From the NCBI GenBank assembly GCA_045632805.1, contig JAZQXI010000125.1, forward strand, positions 1-61,135: a stretch of DNA of 61,135 nucleotides, read 5' to 3'. This document shows positions 1-9,247 of this stretch, piece after piece (positions within the stretch are counted from its first letter, which is position 1; every line of letters starts with the position of its first letter). Source of the DNA: Eubacteriales bacterium (GTDB lineage Bacteria > Bacillota > Clostridia > Oscillospirales > CAG-272). The notes beneath the pieces were generated by a model that saw only the letters and a list, made by a program, of their open reading frames with translations, was not told the origin of the DNA and searched no databases. A program made the position numbers and the translations under genes.

Positions 1-25
1 AAACTTCTTGCAAGAAGTTTCCCCC
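1..25. terminator. Window-edge palindromic hairpin (AAACTTCTTG/CAAGAAGTTT followed by CCCCC), probably truncated on its left arm
   Basis: Perfect 20-nt palindrome at 1-20 followed by CCCCC. It has the same ACTTCT...AGAAGTTCCCCC core as the hairpins at 45649-45680 and 45927-45954. Confidence 0.4.
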
Positions 26-71
26 ACAAAAACATTTCCCCCACAAAAATACCTCCCCGCAAAAACATCTC
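21..71 (+). repeat. Three tandem 17-nt direct repeats (CCCCCACAAAAACATTT / CCCCCACAAAAATACCT / CCCCGCAAAAACATCTC)
   Basis: Read directly at 21-37, 38-54 and 55-71. They lie just upstream of the predicted yqeG promoter. Confidence 0.7.
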
Positions 72-89
72 TCTTTCATTGTTAACCCA

Positions 90-118
90 TTGCAATTTTT
101 GCACAACTATGCTATAAT
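90..118 (+). promoter_or_regulatory. Sigma-A-type promoter (TTGCAA, 17 nt, TATAAT)
   Basis: -35 TTGCAA at 90-95 and -10 TATAAT at 113-118 with a 17-nt spacer. Confidence 0.55.
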
Positions 119-148
119 AATTGCAGAATGACGAAAGGGGATACTGCA

Positions 149-688
149 ATGAAGGATTATCTGACCCCCGACTATATGTTTGGACATTTTTGGGAGATCA
201 CGCCTACATTCCTTTCTTCCATTGGCGTGCGCGCGCTTCTGATCGACATTGACAATACGTTAGCGCCTTATGAGGTGGCAGAGCCGGACGAGCGGATACG
301 CGAGTGGTTTGAGGGGATGCAACAAAGCGGCATCAAGGCGGCGCTGATTTCCAACAATCACGCACCGCGTGTCGAGCTGTTCAACAAAACGCTTGGTCTT
401 GACGCGTACCCCGATAGCCACAAGCCCCGACGCGCCACGCTGGAAAAAGCCATGCAAAAAATGGGCGTGACACACGCCGAAACCGCAATGCTTGGCGACC
501 AGCTCCTCACCGACGCTTACGCAGGCAAGCATATCGGGCTTCGCGCGATCATCGTACCGCCCATCAAGGACAAGACCAACCTCTTTTTCCGCTTCAAGCG
601 GCTTTGCGAGCGGCCGTTCATCCGCAAATACGCCAAAGCGTACGGATACGCGGATTGGATGGCGTTCTGGAAGATCAAACGACACTAA
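149..688 (+). CDS. yqeG: YqeG-family HAD-IIIA phosphatase
   Basis: HAD motif LLIDIDNTLAPY, a later SNN motif and GDQLLTD. The ORF opens at 128, but the ATG at 149 has AAAGGGGA 8 nt upstream. Confidence 0.8.
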   Translation: MKDYLTPDYMFGHFWEITPTFLSSIGVRALLIDIDNTLAPYEVAEPDERIREWFEGMQQSGIKAALISNNHAPRVELFNKTLGLDAYPDSHKPRRATLEKAMQKMGVTHAETAMLGDQLLTDAYAGKHIGLRAIIVPPIKDKTNLFFRFKRLCERPFIRKYAKAYGYADWMAFWKIKRH

Positions 689-725
689 AAACGCGGCACG
701 TGTTGCCAAAATGAAAGGAATACAC

Positions 726-1577
726 ATGAATTACGCAACCTTCGGTCCCGGCGGAAACGGCGATTGGTTTTACGCCGAGGGCAAAAAAAGCACCCTGCAA
801 AGTCCGGGGTGGCTCAAAGAAAAAGGACTTGACGCCTTTGAATACGAGGCGGGAAACGGGATTGCCGCAGGAGAGAGTACGCTGCGCGCGATCGGTGAGA
901 AGGCACGGGAGCATGGGATCCTCATGTCTCTGCACACGCCGTATTTTATTTCTCTCTCGGGCGTCGATCCCGAAAAGAGAATGAAAAGTCTGGAATACAT
1001 TCAAAAATCCCTTTGGGCGGCAGAGCTGCTTGGCGCTGATACCATCGTCATCCACAGCGGAAGCGCCGCAAAGATCTCCCGTGAGGAGGCAATGGCGCTC
1101 TCCTGCGACACGCTTGCGCACGTAGCGGAGTCGGTTGGAAATACGCCTATTCGTTTAGGCATCGAGACCATGGGAAAGGTCAACCAATTGGGAACCTTGT
1201 CCGAGGTTATTGAGCAATGCAAGGTCGCGCCGATTTATGCCCCCGTGGTGGATTTCGGACACTTGAACGCACGTAACATCGGCGGTGCGTTCCCCGATGC
1301 GGATAGCTACCGCCGTGTGTTCAACGAGATCGGTGAGAAGCTTGGCGACAGCTTTGCCAAAAATCTGCACTGCCATTTTTCCAAGATCGAATACACGGGC
1401 GCAGGCGAGAAAAAGCATCTGACGTTTGCCGACGAGACCTTTGGACCCGTATTTGAGCCGCTTGCCGAGGCGATCGTGCGCGAGAACGTTGCTCCCCGTA
1501 TCATTTGCGAGTCTGCGGGAACGCAAGCGGAGGATGCGCTCTACATGAAAAACGCCTATCTGCGCCTTTGCGAGTGA
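726..1577 (+). CDS. Xylose-isomerase-like TIM-barrel protein (endonuclease IV-like family)
   Basis: Motifs HTPYFISL, IVIHSG, GIETMG, DFGHLNA. I chose the ATG at 726 after GAAAGGA. The 492 start in the track overlaps yqeG out of frame. Confidence 0.65.
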   Translation: MNYATFGPGGNGDWFYAEGKKSTLQSPGWLKEKGLDAFEYEAGNGIAAGESTLRAIGEKAREHGILMSLHTPYFISLSGVDPEKRMKSLEYIQKSLWAAELLGADTIVIHSGSAAKISREEAMALSCDTLAHVAESVGNTPIRLGIETMGKVNQLGTLSEVIEQCKVAPIYAPVVDFGHLNARNIGGAFPDADSYRRVFNEIGEKLGDSFAKNLHCHFSKIEYTGAGEKKHLTFADETFGPVFEPLAEAIVRENVAPRIICESAGTQAEDALYMKNAYLRLCE

Positions 1578-1586
1578 TTGGGGACG

Positions 1587-2552
1587 ATGAGCGCAAAAAA
1601 ACAACGCCGTTCCGTCCGGCATGCGGACGGAACGGTCACGGTTGCAAAATACAACTATATCTTCGGCGGTATCTTTGGTGCGGCGGCACTGCTTTTTCTG
1701 ATCGCCGCTATTTGGGAGTCGATCTACCTTGCATTTGGGCTGATCTTGCTTGTCATTGCCCTGCCGTTTTTGATCTATGCGATCAATTACCGCGTGACCA
1801 TGAACAAAGAGGGCATCACCGTGCGCAATTTCTTTCGGGTCACCACGCATTACGCCTTTTCCGATATCCGCGCGTACCGCGAAAATCTGCACTATACCTA
1901 TCTGTATTTTGAGGACGGCAAGCACATCCGCATCAAAGACGAGGACGGCGAGGACGTGTTTCTCAACCGCCTGTTGCGCCGCGCGGAAGATGCGGGTGCT
2001 GTTAAAAAAAAGAAAACGAGCGGTTCCGCGCTTTATTGGGGGAACTGCTCACGCCCCGTTCAGCTGACGCTGTTTTTGGGTCTGATGTGGATGCTTGGCA
2101 TTGTCTGCGCGGCGATTGCATTGATGTCGGTAAACGAGTTGATGCTTGACGAATCCCGGCTGTTACATCAGCACCAAACGGTGGTTTCGGTTTCGAGCGA
2201 CGGGGAATGGATCACTCTGGATACCTCGGACGGGAGCTATCACATTGTGGATTCGGCGCTCGCCCCCGAACGGGATTGGAATGACTTGGAAGGTCACGGT
2301 ATTACGATCCTGACGGATAGCAAAGGGGAGATGTATGCATTGACCGACTCCCGTGGAGAGGAATGGTTCACCTTTGAGGAGTATTACGAATCGAATTTTG
2401 GCGGAGCTCTCGGTGCGGCGATTGTATGCGGTGTGATCTGCTTGTTGCCCGTCGTGTTTACGGTGTTAGCACTTTTGGCATATCACGATCCCGAGCGTTT
2501 TTCACGTCTTTACGATGAATTTGAAACCATGGATTTCTGGAGGAAAAATTAA
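1587..2552 (+). CDS. Hypothetical membrane protein (several predicted TM helices)
   Basis: Hydrophobic stretches FGGIFGAAALLFLIAAIW, LGLMWMLGIVCAAIALM and AAIVCGVICLLPVVFTVLALLA. The start is uncertain (TTG 1578 or ATG 1587). Confidence 0.5.
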   Translation: MSAKKQRRSVRHADGTVTVAKYNYIFGGIFGAAALLFLIAAIWESIYLAFGLILLVIALPFLIYAINYRVTMNKEGITVRNFFRVTTHYAFSDIRAYRENLHYTYLYFEDGKHIRIKDEDGEDVFLNRLLRRAEDAGAVKKKKTSGSALYWGNCSRPVQLTLFLGLMWMLGIVCAAIALMSVNELMLDESRLLHQHQTVVSVSSDGEWITLDTSDGSYHIVDSALAPERDWNDLEGHGITILTDSKGEMYALTDSRGEEWFTFEEYYESNFGGALGAAIVCGVICLLPVVFTVLALLAYHDPERFSRLYDEFETMDFWRKN

Positions 2553-2554
2553 CA

Positions 2555-3742
2555 ATGAACGACATCAGAGAGGAATCTCTCAAAAAACATTATGAATGGA
2601 AAGGGAAGATCGAGGTGGTTGCCCGTTGCGAGGTCAACGACCGCAACGATCTCTCTCTTGCATATACGCCGGGCGTGGCAGAGCCGTGCTTGGTGATCCA
2701 AAAGGATCTTGACAAATCCTATGAGTTGACAAGACGTTCCAACCTCGTGGCGGTCGTCACCGATGGCAGCGCCGTTTTAGGTCTTGGCGACATTGGCCCC
2801 GAGGCGGGCATGCCCGTGATGGAAGGGAAGTGCGCGTTGTTTAAGACCTTTGCGGACGTAGACGCGTTCCCGATCTGTATCCGTTCACAGGACGTGGACG
2901 AGTTGGTTCGAACGGTCTACCTCATCTCGGGCAGCTTTGGCGGCATCAATCTCGAGGACATTGCCGCGCCCCGTTGCTTTGAGGTGGAACGAAAGCTCAA
3001 GGAGATCTGTGATATTCCCGTGTTCCACGACGACCAGCACGGCACGGCAATCGTGGTCGCGGCGGCGCTGATCAACGCTTTAAAGGTGGTCAAAAAGGAA
3101 ATCGGGAAGGTGAAGGTCGTCATCAACGGAGCGGGAAGCGCGGGATGCGCGATCGGAAAGCACCTGCTCAACATGGGCGTTAAGGATCTGACCATGGTAG
3201 ACCGTTTCGGGATCCTCTGTCGCGGTATGGAGGGGCTCAACCCCGCGCACGCGGAAATGGCAGAGTTGACCAATCAACGTTTCGCTACGGGCACACTTGC
3301 CGACGCGATGAAGGACGCTGACGTATTCATTGGCGTGTCCGCTCCCGGTGTGGTGAGCGAGGAGATGGTGCGATCGATGGCAAAGGACGCCGTGGTATTC
3401 CCCATGGCAAACCCCACCCCCGAGATCATGCCGGATTTGGCAAAGCGCGCAGGTGCCCGTATCGTTGGAACGGGTCGCTCGGACTATCCCAATCAAATCA
3501 ACAACGTTTTGGCATTTCCGGGTATTTTCCGCGGCGCGTTGGATTGCCGCGCATCCTGCATCAATGAGGAAATGAAGGTGGCGACGTCCTATGCGCTGGC
3601 GGCGTTGATCCCCGAAGAAGAATTGACCGAGGAGAATATCATCGTTCCCGCTTTGGATCGCCGTGTCGCTCCTGCGGTGGCAAAAGCTGTAATCGAAGCC
3701 GCTTACGAGACGGGTGTCGCAAGGCTTCCGCGAGAGGAGTAA
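2555..3742 (+). CDS. NAD(P)-dependent malic enzyme (short form, no PTA domain)
   Basis: Typical malic-enzyme sequence LAYTPGVAEPC, FHDDQHGTAIV, NGAGSAG and ANPTPEI. GGAGG RBS present. Confidence 0.9.
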   Translation: MNDIREESLKKHYEWKGKIEVVARCEVNDRNDLSLAYTPGVAEPCLVIQKDLDKSYELTRRSNLVAVVTDGSAVLGLGDIGPEAGMPVMEGKCALFKTFADVDAFPICIRSQDVDELVRTVYLISGSFGGINLEDIAAPRCFEVERKLKEICDIPVFHDDQHGTAIVVAAALINALKVVKKEIGKVKVVINGAGSAGCAIGKHLLNMGVKDLTMVDRFGILCRGMEGLNPAHAEMAELTNQRFATGTLADAMKDADVFIGVSAPGVVSEEMVRSMAKDAVVFPMANPTPEIMPDLAKRAGARIVGTGRSDYPNQINNVLAFPGIFRGALDCRASCINEEMKVATSYALAALIPEEELTEENIIVPALDRRVAPAVAKAVIEAAYETGVARLPREE

Positions 3743-3745
3743 CCC

Positions 3746-4714
3746 ATGCAAAAAATGTATCCGTTACGCTTAAAAGGCATTACCAAGTCTCCCATCTGGG
3801 GCGGTAAACGCCTGCTTTTGGATTGGGGTAAGACCTCAGACGCCGACACGGTGGGGGAAAGCTGGGAATTGACCGTTCGCCCGAATGAAATGTGTACCGT
3901 GGAAAACGGACGCTTTGCGGGAATGCCGCTCGGTGCGCTGATCCAAACGCACAAGGACGTGATTCTGGGGGCTTCCTCAACGCCCGACGGTGAGTTTCCG
4001 CTCCTGATCAAATTCATCGACGCTGGGGACAAGCTCTCCGTTCAGGTGCATCCCGATGACCGTTATGCCGCGCGCGTAGAGAACGGACGTGGCAAGACCG
4101 AGATGTGGTACATCGTAGAGGCGGATGCGGGGGCGGAGATTGTTTGCGGACTTGCGGACGGCGTTGACCGCGACACGTACGCCAATATGGTGGCGGCGGG
4201 GGACACCGAAAGCGCCCTTAGACGCATCCCCGTACATGCGGGAGAAACCTATTTTATCCCCGCAGGTCTCCCTCACGCCATCGGTGGGGGAATTCTGATC
4301 GCGGAGATCCAGCAGAACTGCGACCTGACCTATCGCGTATTTGATTACAACCGCCGTCAAAAGGACGGGACGCTTCGGGAGTTGCACATTGAAAAGGCGC
4401 TTGACGTGATCCGTCCGTTTACCGATGCCGAGGTGGATGCCGTGCGCTATTCCAACGGCACAGATGCAAAAAACGGCGAATTGCTTGCCGATTGTACCTA
4501 TTTCCGCGTAGAGCGCTTGTCGCTTGACGGTGCGCGTATGCTTTCTGCGTCCAAGCATATGCGCCACGTGCTTGCGCTTTCGGGAGAGATTGCGTGGGAA
4601 TGTGACGGTGAAACGGGAATCATCGCGCGTGGCGAGAGCTGGCTCTTACCTGCGGCTTTGGGGGACGTATCTCTTAAAGGAACAGGCTGCTTGCTGATCT
4701 CTGCGGCGTACTAA
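3746..4714 (+). CDS. manA: Mannose-6-phosphate isomerase, class I
   Basis: PIWGGKRL, LSVQVHPDD and EMWYI motifs of the cupin-type PMI family. Confidence 0.85.
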   Translation: MQKMYPLRLKGITKSPIWGGKRLLLDWGKTSDADTVGESWELTVRPNEMCTVENGRFAGMPLGALIQTHKDVILGASSTPDGEFPLLIKFIDAGDKLSVQVHPDDRYAARVENGRGKTEMWYIVEADAGAEIVCGLADGVDRDTYANMVAAGDTESALRRIPVHAGETYFIPAGLPHAIGGGILIAEIQQNCDLTYRVFDYNRRQKDGTLRELHIEKALDVIRPFTDAEVDAVRYSNGTDAKNGELLADCTYFRVERLSLDGARMLSASKHMRHVLALSGEIAWECDGETGIIARGESWLLPAALGDVSLKGTGCLLISAAY

Positions 4715-4724
4715 CCAATGGTAT

Positions 4725-4764
4725 AAAAAACGGTGCTGTCTCTATGCCGAGGCAGCACCGTTTT
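4725..4764. terminator. Bidirectional intrinsic terminator between manA and the convergent orphan gene
   Basis: CGGTGCTGTC...GGCAGCACCG stem flanked by an A-run and a T-run. Confidence 0.65.
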
Positions 4765-4774
4765 GCGATTCAAA

Positions 4775-5926
4775 TCAATCCGCCACCAATTCAATGGCGT
4801 CAAAATCGATGGAGTAGACCACCTTGGCAGCGCCCGCGATGGGAACGCCGACCTTGGATGAGAGCTTAACGGGTTCTTCGGGGGAGACGCCCGACATCAG
4901 CCACTCGCTACCACCGCCGAGGATCTTGTTCTCACGGCTGAGGAACTGATAGTGCAGGGTCAAAGAGCGCAAGGGACGATCGTATTCGCTTGCTACCGTT
5001 GCAAAGAACTGCATGCCCTCGCCCGAGCGGGTAAGGCGCAATTCGGAAAGCTTGAAATGCTTCATGATCGGTGTGTCCAGCTTCAAGTATGATGCAACCT
5101 TCGCCGTGGCGGAAATACTTCCAACAGCCGCCCCGCGGATGCGGCGGGTGATGCCGTAGTGATAGACCGCGCCGGGGTCGAGAGACTCTAACTTGTCTCC
5201 GATCACGGTGATGACCTTGCCATCCTTGTCCTTGAGTGTGACATCGATCTGAATCCCACGCGCCATGCGGTCGGTGTTGGGGTTTTCAATGTCAAGACCC
5301 AAGGAAAGAGCATAGGAGTCGCCCTCGCGCTTTCCGGCACTGCCACCCAAGGCGCGCACCTTCAAGGGAAGGGGATCCGGCTCAGGCTCTGCGGTCAATT
5401 CGTCCAGCATTTGTTTGAAAGCATCGTAATAGCACCACGTGTAGGTGGCTTCGGGGTTGCGGTCCTCCATGTAGGCAAACTCCATCAGCGCAACGGTAAA
5501 CAAACGCAGATATTGCATGACCTCGCCCACCTGTCCCGCATCAATTCCAAGCGCCAGAGCGGTGGACCAGTAGGAACCGTCCAAGGCGCGGAAGCGGTTG
5601 CCGTAGCGCGCGTTGTAGCTTTGATATTCCTCGCTTTCGCGGTTGCGGAACGCCCCGATCATCGATTCCACAATAGAGGGGTCGATCACACCCGAGGAAA
5701 CGTGACGGTAAAAGCTCTCGGCGGCATCGCTCTCCCAGCCCTGCGCGTCTGCTTCGGAAAGGAGCGCAAAGGAGAACTGCTCGTGCATGTTCAGATTTTC
5801 AACCAGCGAACACAGATCGATCTGCTTTTCGCGGTTGATGATATAGGGAGTGGAAAGAAAATCCGCGATGTCGCGTCTGACCTCGCCAATCCCTTTTCCA
5901 ACGGCATTTTGAAATTCTGTTTCCAT
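4775..5926 (-). CDS. Hypothetical protein: N-terminal helical-looking region plus two beta-rich C-terminal repeats, no signal peptide
   Basis: Long ORF with consistent coding character and no motif I recognise. The ORF opens at TTG 5947; the first ATG is at 5926. Confidence 0.55.
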   Translation of the reverse strand: METEFQNAVGKGIGEVRRDIADFLSTPYIINREKQIDLCSLVENLNMHEQFSFALLSEADAQGWESDAAESFYRHVSSGVIDPSIVESMIGAFRNRESEEYQSYNARYGNRFRALDGSYWSTALALGIDAGQVGEVMQYLRLFTVALMEFAYMEDRNPEATYTWCYYDAFKQMLDELTAEPEPDPLPLKVRALGGSAGKREGDSYALSLGLDIENPNTDRMARGIQIDVTLKDKDGKVITVIGDKLESLDPGAVYHYGITRRIRGAAVGSISATAKVASYLKLDTPIMKHFKLSELRLTRSGEGMQFFATVASEYDRPLRSLTLHYQFLSRENKILGGGSEWLMSGVSPEEPVKLSSKVGVPIAGAAKVVYSIDFDAIELVAD

Positions 5927-6116
5927 AATGTGATCCGACCTTTCCAACGAGTTTTAGAAAAAAAGCAGTATCTACTATTGTATTTTTTGAAAAAATATAG
6001 TATAATAAGATGCATCTATCATTATTATACACCGCAAAAGCGATTTTGGCAAGTCTTATTTGATTTTTTTGCAAAAAAGCTACCAATCGGAATACTTGCC
6101 CGGAAAGGAAAACGTT

Positions 6117-6959
6117 ATGTATCAGATTTTGGAAAAACGCAGCTTAAATCCCACCGTGACCTTGATGCGCGTTCACGCGCCCTTGGTTGCAAAAAAAGCA
6201 GAACCGGGGCAGTTTATCATTTTGCGCGTGGATGAAAACGGTGAGCGCATTCCTCTGACCGTGGCGGATTTCGATCGCGATGCGGGAAGTGTTACCGTGA
6301 TCTTTCAGGTCGTCGGAGCGACCACCGAGGCGCTTAATCACCTCGCTGTCGGGGACTGTTTGCATGATTTTGTCGGTCCCTTGGGTCGCGCGACCGAAAC
6401 GGCAGGGCTTTCCAAGGTTGCCGTGGTTGGTGGCGGCGTGGGGTGTGCGATCGCGTATCCCGTTGCCAAAAAGCTCTTTGAAACGGGTGCCGAGGTGCAT
6501 GCCATCGTCGGCTTCCGAAATCGCGACCTCGTGATCCTTGAAGAGGAGTTCTCCGAGGCTTCGACTCGCTTTGTGCGGATGTCGGATGACGGCTCGTGGG
6601 GAGAAAAAGGTCTTGTGACCGATGCTTTGCGCGCTCTGATCGAGAGTGGCGAGCAGTATGACGAGGTCATTACCATAGGACCTTTGCCGATGATGAAATT
6701 CGTTTGTAAGTTGACCCGAGAATACGGTGTTAAGACCGTAGCCTCCATGAATCCGATCATGATCGACGGCACGGGCATGTGCGGCGGATGCCGTCTTACG
6801 GTTGGCGGCGAGACCAAATTCGCCTGCGTGGACGGCCCCGAATTCGACGGACATCTGATCGATTTTGACGAGGCGATCGCGCGTTCCTCAATGTATAAGC
6901 CTTTTGAGAGGCAGGCACATGAAAAGACCTGCAACCTCTTTCGTAAGGAGTTGAACTGA
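6117..6959 (+). CDS. nfnA: Ferredoxin-NADP+ reductase-like FAD/[2Fe-2S] subunit (NfnA / GltD-partner type)
   Basis: PyrK-like fold signature: GQFIILR, GGGVGCA and a C-terminal GMCGGCR cluster motif. GGAAAGGA RBS before ATG 6117. Confidence 0.75.
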   Translation: MYQILEKRSLNPTVTLMRVHAPLVAKKAEPGQFIILRVDENGERIPLTVADFDRDAGSVTVIFQVVGATTEALNHLAVGDCLHDFVGPLGRATETAGLSKVAVVGGGVGCAIAYPVAKKLFETGAEVHAIVGFRNRDLVILEEEFSEASTRFVRMSDDGSWGEKGLVTDALRALIESGEQYDEVITIGPLPMMKFVCKLTREYGVKTVASMNPIMIDGTGMCGGCRLTVGGETKFACVDGPEFDGHLIDFDEAIARSSMYKPFERQAHEKTCNLFRKELN

Positions 6960-6960
6960 T

Positions 6961-8343
6961 ATGCCGAATATGAATCCCAAAAAGAATCCCATGCCCTCGC
7001 AAGAGCCGCACGTGCGTGCGCACAATTTTGACGAGGTAGCTTTGGGTTACACCGAACAAATGGCGCTGGATGAGGCGGATCGGTGTTTGAATTGCAAAAA
7101 TATGCCTTGTGTCACGGGATGTCCCGTCGGCATTGAAATCCCAAGCTTTATTCAAAAGGTAAAGGTGGGAGAATTTGAAGAAGCCTACCGCATCATTACC
7201 GAGTCAAGCTCGCTCCCCGCAGTCTGTGGTCGCGTCTGTCCTCAGGAGCATCAGTGCGAGAGCAAATGCGTGCGAGGCATCAAGGGAGAGCCTGTTGCCA
7301 TTGGGCGTTTGGAGCGCTTTGTCGCGGATTACCACAATGCCAATATCACCGAATTGCCCACGCCCCCCGCATCCAACGGGCATCGCGTGGCGGTGATCGG
7401 TTCTGGCCCCTCGGGCCTTGCCTGCGCAGGTGAGCTTGCCAAAAAAGGATACCGTGTTACTGTTTTTGAGGCATTACATACGGCAGGCGGTGTGCTGGTC
7501 TACGGTATTCCCGAGTTTCGTTTGCCCAAGGCGATCGTGCAAAAGGAGATCGACACCTTAAAGGCGCTTGGCGTTGAAATTGCGCTCAATACCGTTATCG
7601 GAAAAACGCTTTCGATCGAGGAATTGCAAGCGGACGGCTTTGAGGCGATCTTTATCGGTACGGGTGCAGGGCTTCCGAGCTTTATGAAGATTCCCGGGGA
7701 AAATCTCAAGGGCGTGTATTCCGCAAACGAGTTTTTGACCCGCATCAATTTGATGAAGGCTTACCGCGCAGACAGCACAACGCCCATCCAACACGCGCGC
7801 CGTGTTGCGGTGGTTGGTGGTGGAAACGTGGCAATGGATGCCGCGAGAAGTGCGTTGCGTCTGGGCGCTGAAGAAGTCTTTATCGTGTATCGCCGTTCGC
7901 TGGATGAGCTTCCCGCGCGCCGCGAGGAGGTCGAGCATGCGATGGAGGAGGGCATCAAGTTCCTGATGCTCAACAATCCCACCGAGATCCTTGGAGACGA
8001 AAACGGTTTTGTGCGTGGCATGACCTGCATCAAAATGGAATTGGGCGAGCCGGATGCATCGGGCAGACGTTCTCCCGTAGCGATTGATGGCTCGGAATTC
8101 CTTTTGGAATGTGAATCCGTGATCATGGCGATAGGTACATCTCCCAATCCGTTGATCAAGTCCACGACACCGGGACTTGAAATCAACCGTCGCGGTGGTA
8201 TCGTGGTTGCCGAGGAGACGGGAAAGACCTCTTTGGAGGGCGTTTATGCGGGCGGAGATGCTGTAACGGGAGCCGCCACCGTCATTCTTGCTATGGGGGC
8301 GGGTAAGACTGCCGCACGGGCGATTGATGAGATGTTGAAATGA
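6961..8343 (+). CDS. nfnB: NADPH-dependent glutamate synthase-like / NfnB large subunit
   Basis: CLNCKNMPC...CP and CPQEHQCESKC Fe-S motifs, plus VAVIGSGPSGLACA and VVGGGNVAMD dinucleotide folds. Confidence 0.8.
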   Translation: MPNMNPKKNPMPSQEPHVRAHNFDEVALGYTEQMALDEADRCLNCKNMPCVTGCPVGIEIPSFIQKVKVGEFEEAYRIITESSSLPAVCGRVCPQEHQCESKCVRGIKGEPVAIGRLERFVADYHNANITELPTPPASNGHRVAVIGSGPSGLACAGELAKKGYRVTVFEALHTAGGVLVYGIPEFRLPKAIVQKEIDTLKALGVEIALNTVIGKTLSIEELQADGFEAIFIGTGAGLPSFMKIPGENLKGVYSANEFLTRINLMKAYRADSTTPIQHARRVAVVGGGNVAMDAARSALRLGAEEVFIVYRRSLDELPARREEVEHAMEEGIKFLMLNNPTEILGDENGFVRGMTCIKMELGEPDASGRRSPVAIDGSEFLLECESVIMAIGTSPNPLIKSTTPGLEINRRGGIVVAEETGKTSLEGVYAGGDAVTGAATVILAMGAGKTAARAIDEMLK

Positions 8344-8387
8344 TCTCATAACGCATAAAACTTCCCACCATGTTCGCACAACCCCCA

Positions 8388-8556
8388 CAGTAAAAGTTTT
8401 CGCCCGCCTTTTTCAAAAGGCGGCACGGATCCAACGCCGTGTGGCGTTGGTCGCGCTCTGCAGAGCGCGAAACACTTCTTTTGGCGTTTCTTTTTTGTGA
8501 ACTTTTTTCTTTGCGCCTGCGGTGTCAAAGAAAAAAGTGGGTTATAGAGTTTGTAG
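8388..8556 (+). repeat. Structured intergenic repeat, copy A (5' half divergent, 3' half near-identical to copy B)
   Basis: From GCAGAGCGCGAAA to GAGTTTGTAG it matches 8700-8796 with a few substitutions. Confidence 0.8.
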
Positions 8557-8564
8557 CTGTTAGA

Positions 8565-8594
8565 GGGGCTGTCGCAATTGCTTGCGACAGCCCC
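8565..8594. terminator. GC-rich hairpin GGGGCTGTCGCAA-TTGC-TTGCGACAGCCCC separating repeat copies A and B
   Basis: Perfect 13-bp stem read directly. Confidence 0.5.
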
Positions 8595-8602
8595 TTAGAG
8601 TG

Positions 8603-8796
8603 TAGACAAAACTAACGAGTTTCCTCAGTTTGATGAAAGTTTTGATCAAACTTTTTCAAAAGTTTGTGGGGTGGAGGGGCAAAGCCCTCCTCGCTCTCCG
8701 CAGAGCGCGAAATACCTCTTTGGGCGTTTCTTTTTTGCGAACTTTTTTCTTTGCGCCTGCGGTGTCAAAGAAAAAAGTGGGTTATAGAGTTTGTAG
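8603..8796 (+). repeat. Structured intergenic repeat, copy B (full length, at least 5 hairpins)
   Basis: Starts TAGACAAAAC. Hairpins: AAACT..GAG/CTCAGTTT, CAAACTTTT/AAAAGTTTG, GGAGGG/CCCTCC, CGCTCT/AGAGCG and ACTTTTTTCTTTG/CAAAGAAAAAAGT. Confidence 0.85.
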
Positions 8797-8807
8797 TTGT
8801 TAAAAAA

Positions 8808-8847
8808 GGTGGTGAGTCAAATGCGAAAACGCATTTGACTCACCACC
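8808..8847. terminator. 18-bp perfect hairpin GGTGGTGAGTCAAATGCG-AAAA-CGCATTTGACTCACCACC followed by a T-rich tract
   Basis: Read directly. Its GAGTCAAATGC core recurs at 28423-28462 and partially at 9226-9247. Confidence 0.6.
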
Positions 8848-9026
8848 TTGGTTTTTGTTTTGGCGGCTAAACACCGCCATTTTTACCTCTTTAGAGGCCA
8901 AAAACAACAAATTTCCGGGTACGAAAAAGCCTACTGTCGCTTTTTTCGCGCAGGGGCTTTGTCAATGACTCAGCCCCACTTCTTCTATCATCGTGTATCA
9001 CTGTCAGAATCCAATCCATCCATTGC

Positions 9027-9214
9027 CACTTTTCTTTTGACACCGCAGGCGCAAAAGAAAAGTTAACAAAAGAAAACGCCGTTTGGGGGATTTAGCGCTC
9101 TGCGGAGCGCGACCAAGGCTCCGCCTTTGGAAACCGCAAACTTTTGATAAAAGACACGCGCAAGCGCGCGATCAAAACTTTCGTCAAGCTGACGAAAGTC
9201 GGTGATTTTGTCTA
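9027..9214 (-). repeat. Structured intergenic repeat, copy C (inverted orientation)
   Basis: The reverse complement starts GTAGACAAAA and ends ACTTTTCTTTTGCGCCTGCGGTGTCAAAAGAAAAGTGG. Hairpin positions match copies B and D with different stem sequences. Confidence 0.8.
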
Positions 9215-9225
9215 CAGTCTGCGAA

Positions 9226-9247
9226 GGGCGAGTCATTTGACTCGCCC
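9226..9247. terminator. Hairpin GGGCGAGTCA-TT-TGACTCGCCC downstream of the minus-strand AraC gene
   Basis: 10-bp stem read directly, immediately after the stop at 9256. Confidence 0.5.

Noticed and set aside
492-725. The long N-terminal extensions offered by the ORF track (for example 492 for the TIM-barrel gene, 10110 for uidA, 11914 for uxaB, 14470 for the propeller gene, 48402-49520 for pheS, 27295 for the BNR gene)
   Set aside because: The extensions overlap upstream genes or leader RNA, have odd composition and lack an RBS. Internal ATGs preceded by GGAGG-like sequences give proteins that start at the conserved family N-termini.
2905-2913. A GGTTCGAAC string resembling a tRNA T-arm
   Set aside because: It lies inside the malic-enzyme CDS with no acceptor or anticodon stem context. 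I found no tRNA-like cloverleaf anywhere in the window.
8664-8870. Small ORFs inside the repeat copies (8664-8870, 8848-9066, 9063-9275, 45701-45895)
   Set aside because: The ORFs fall in different frames in different copies because of indels. They lack an RBS. The conservation pattern is paired stem changes rather than synonymous-site variation, so the element is treated as non-coding.
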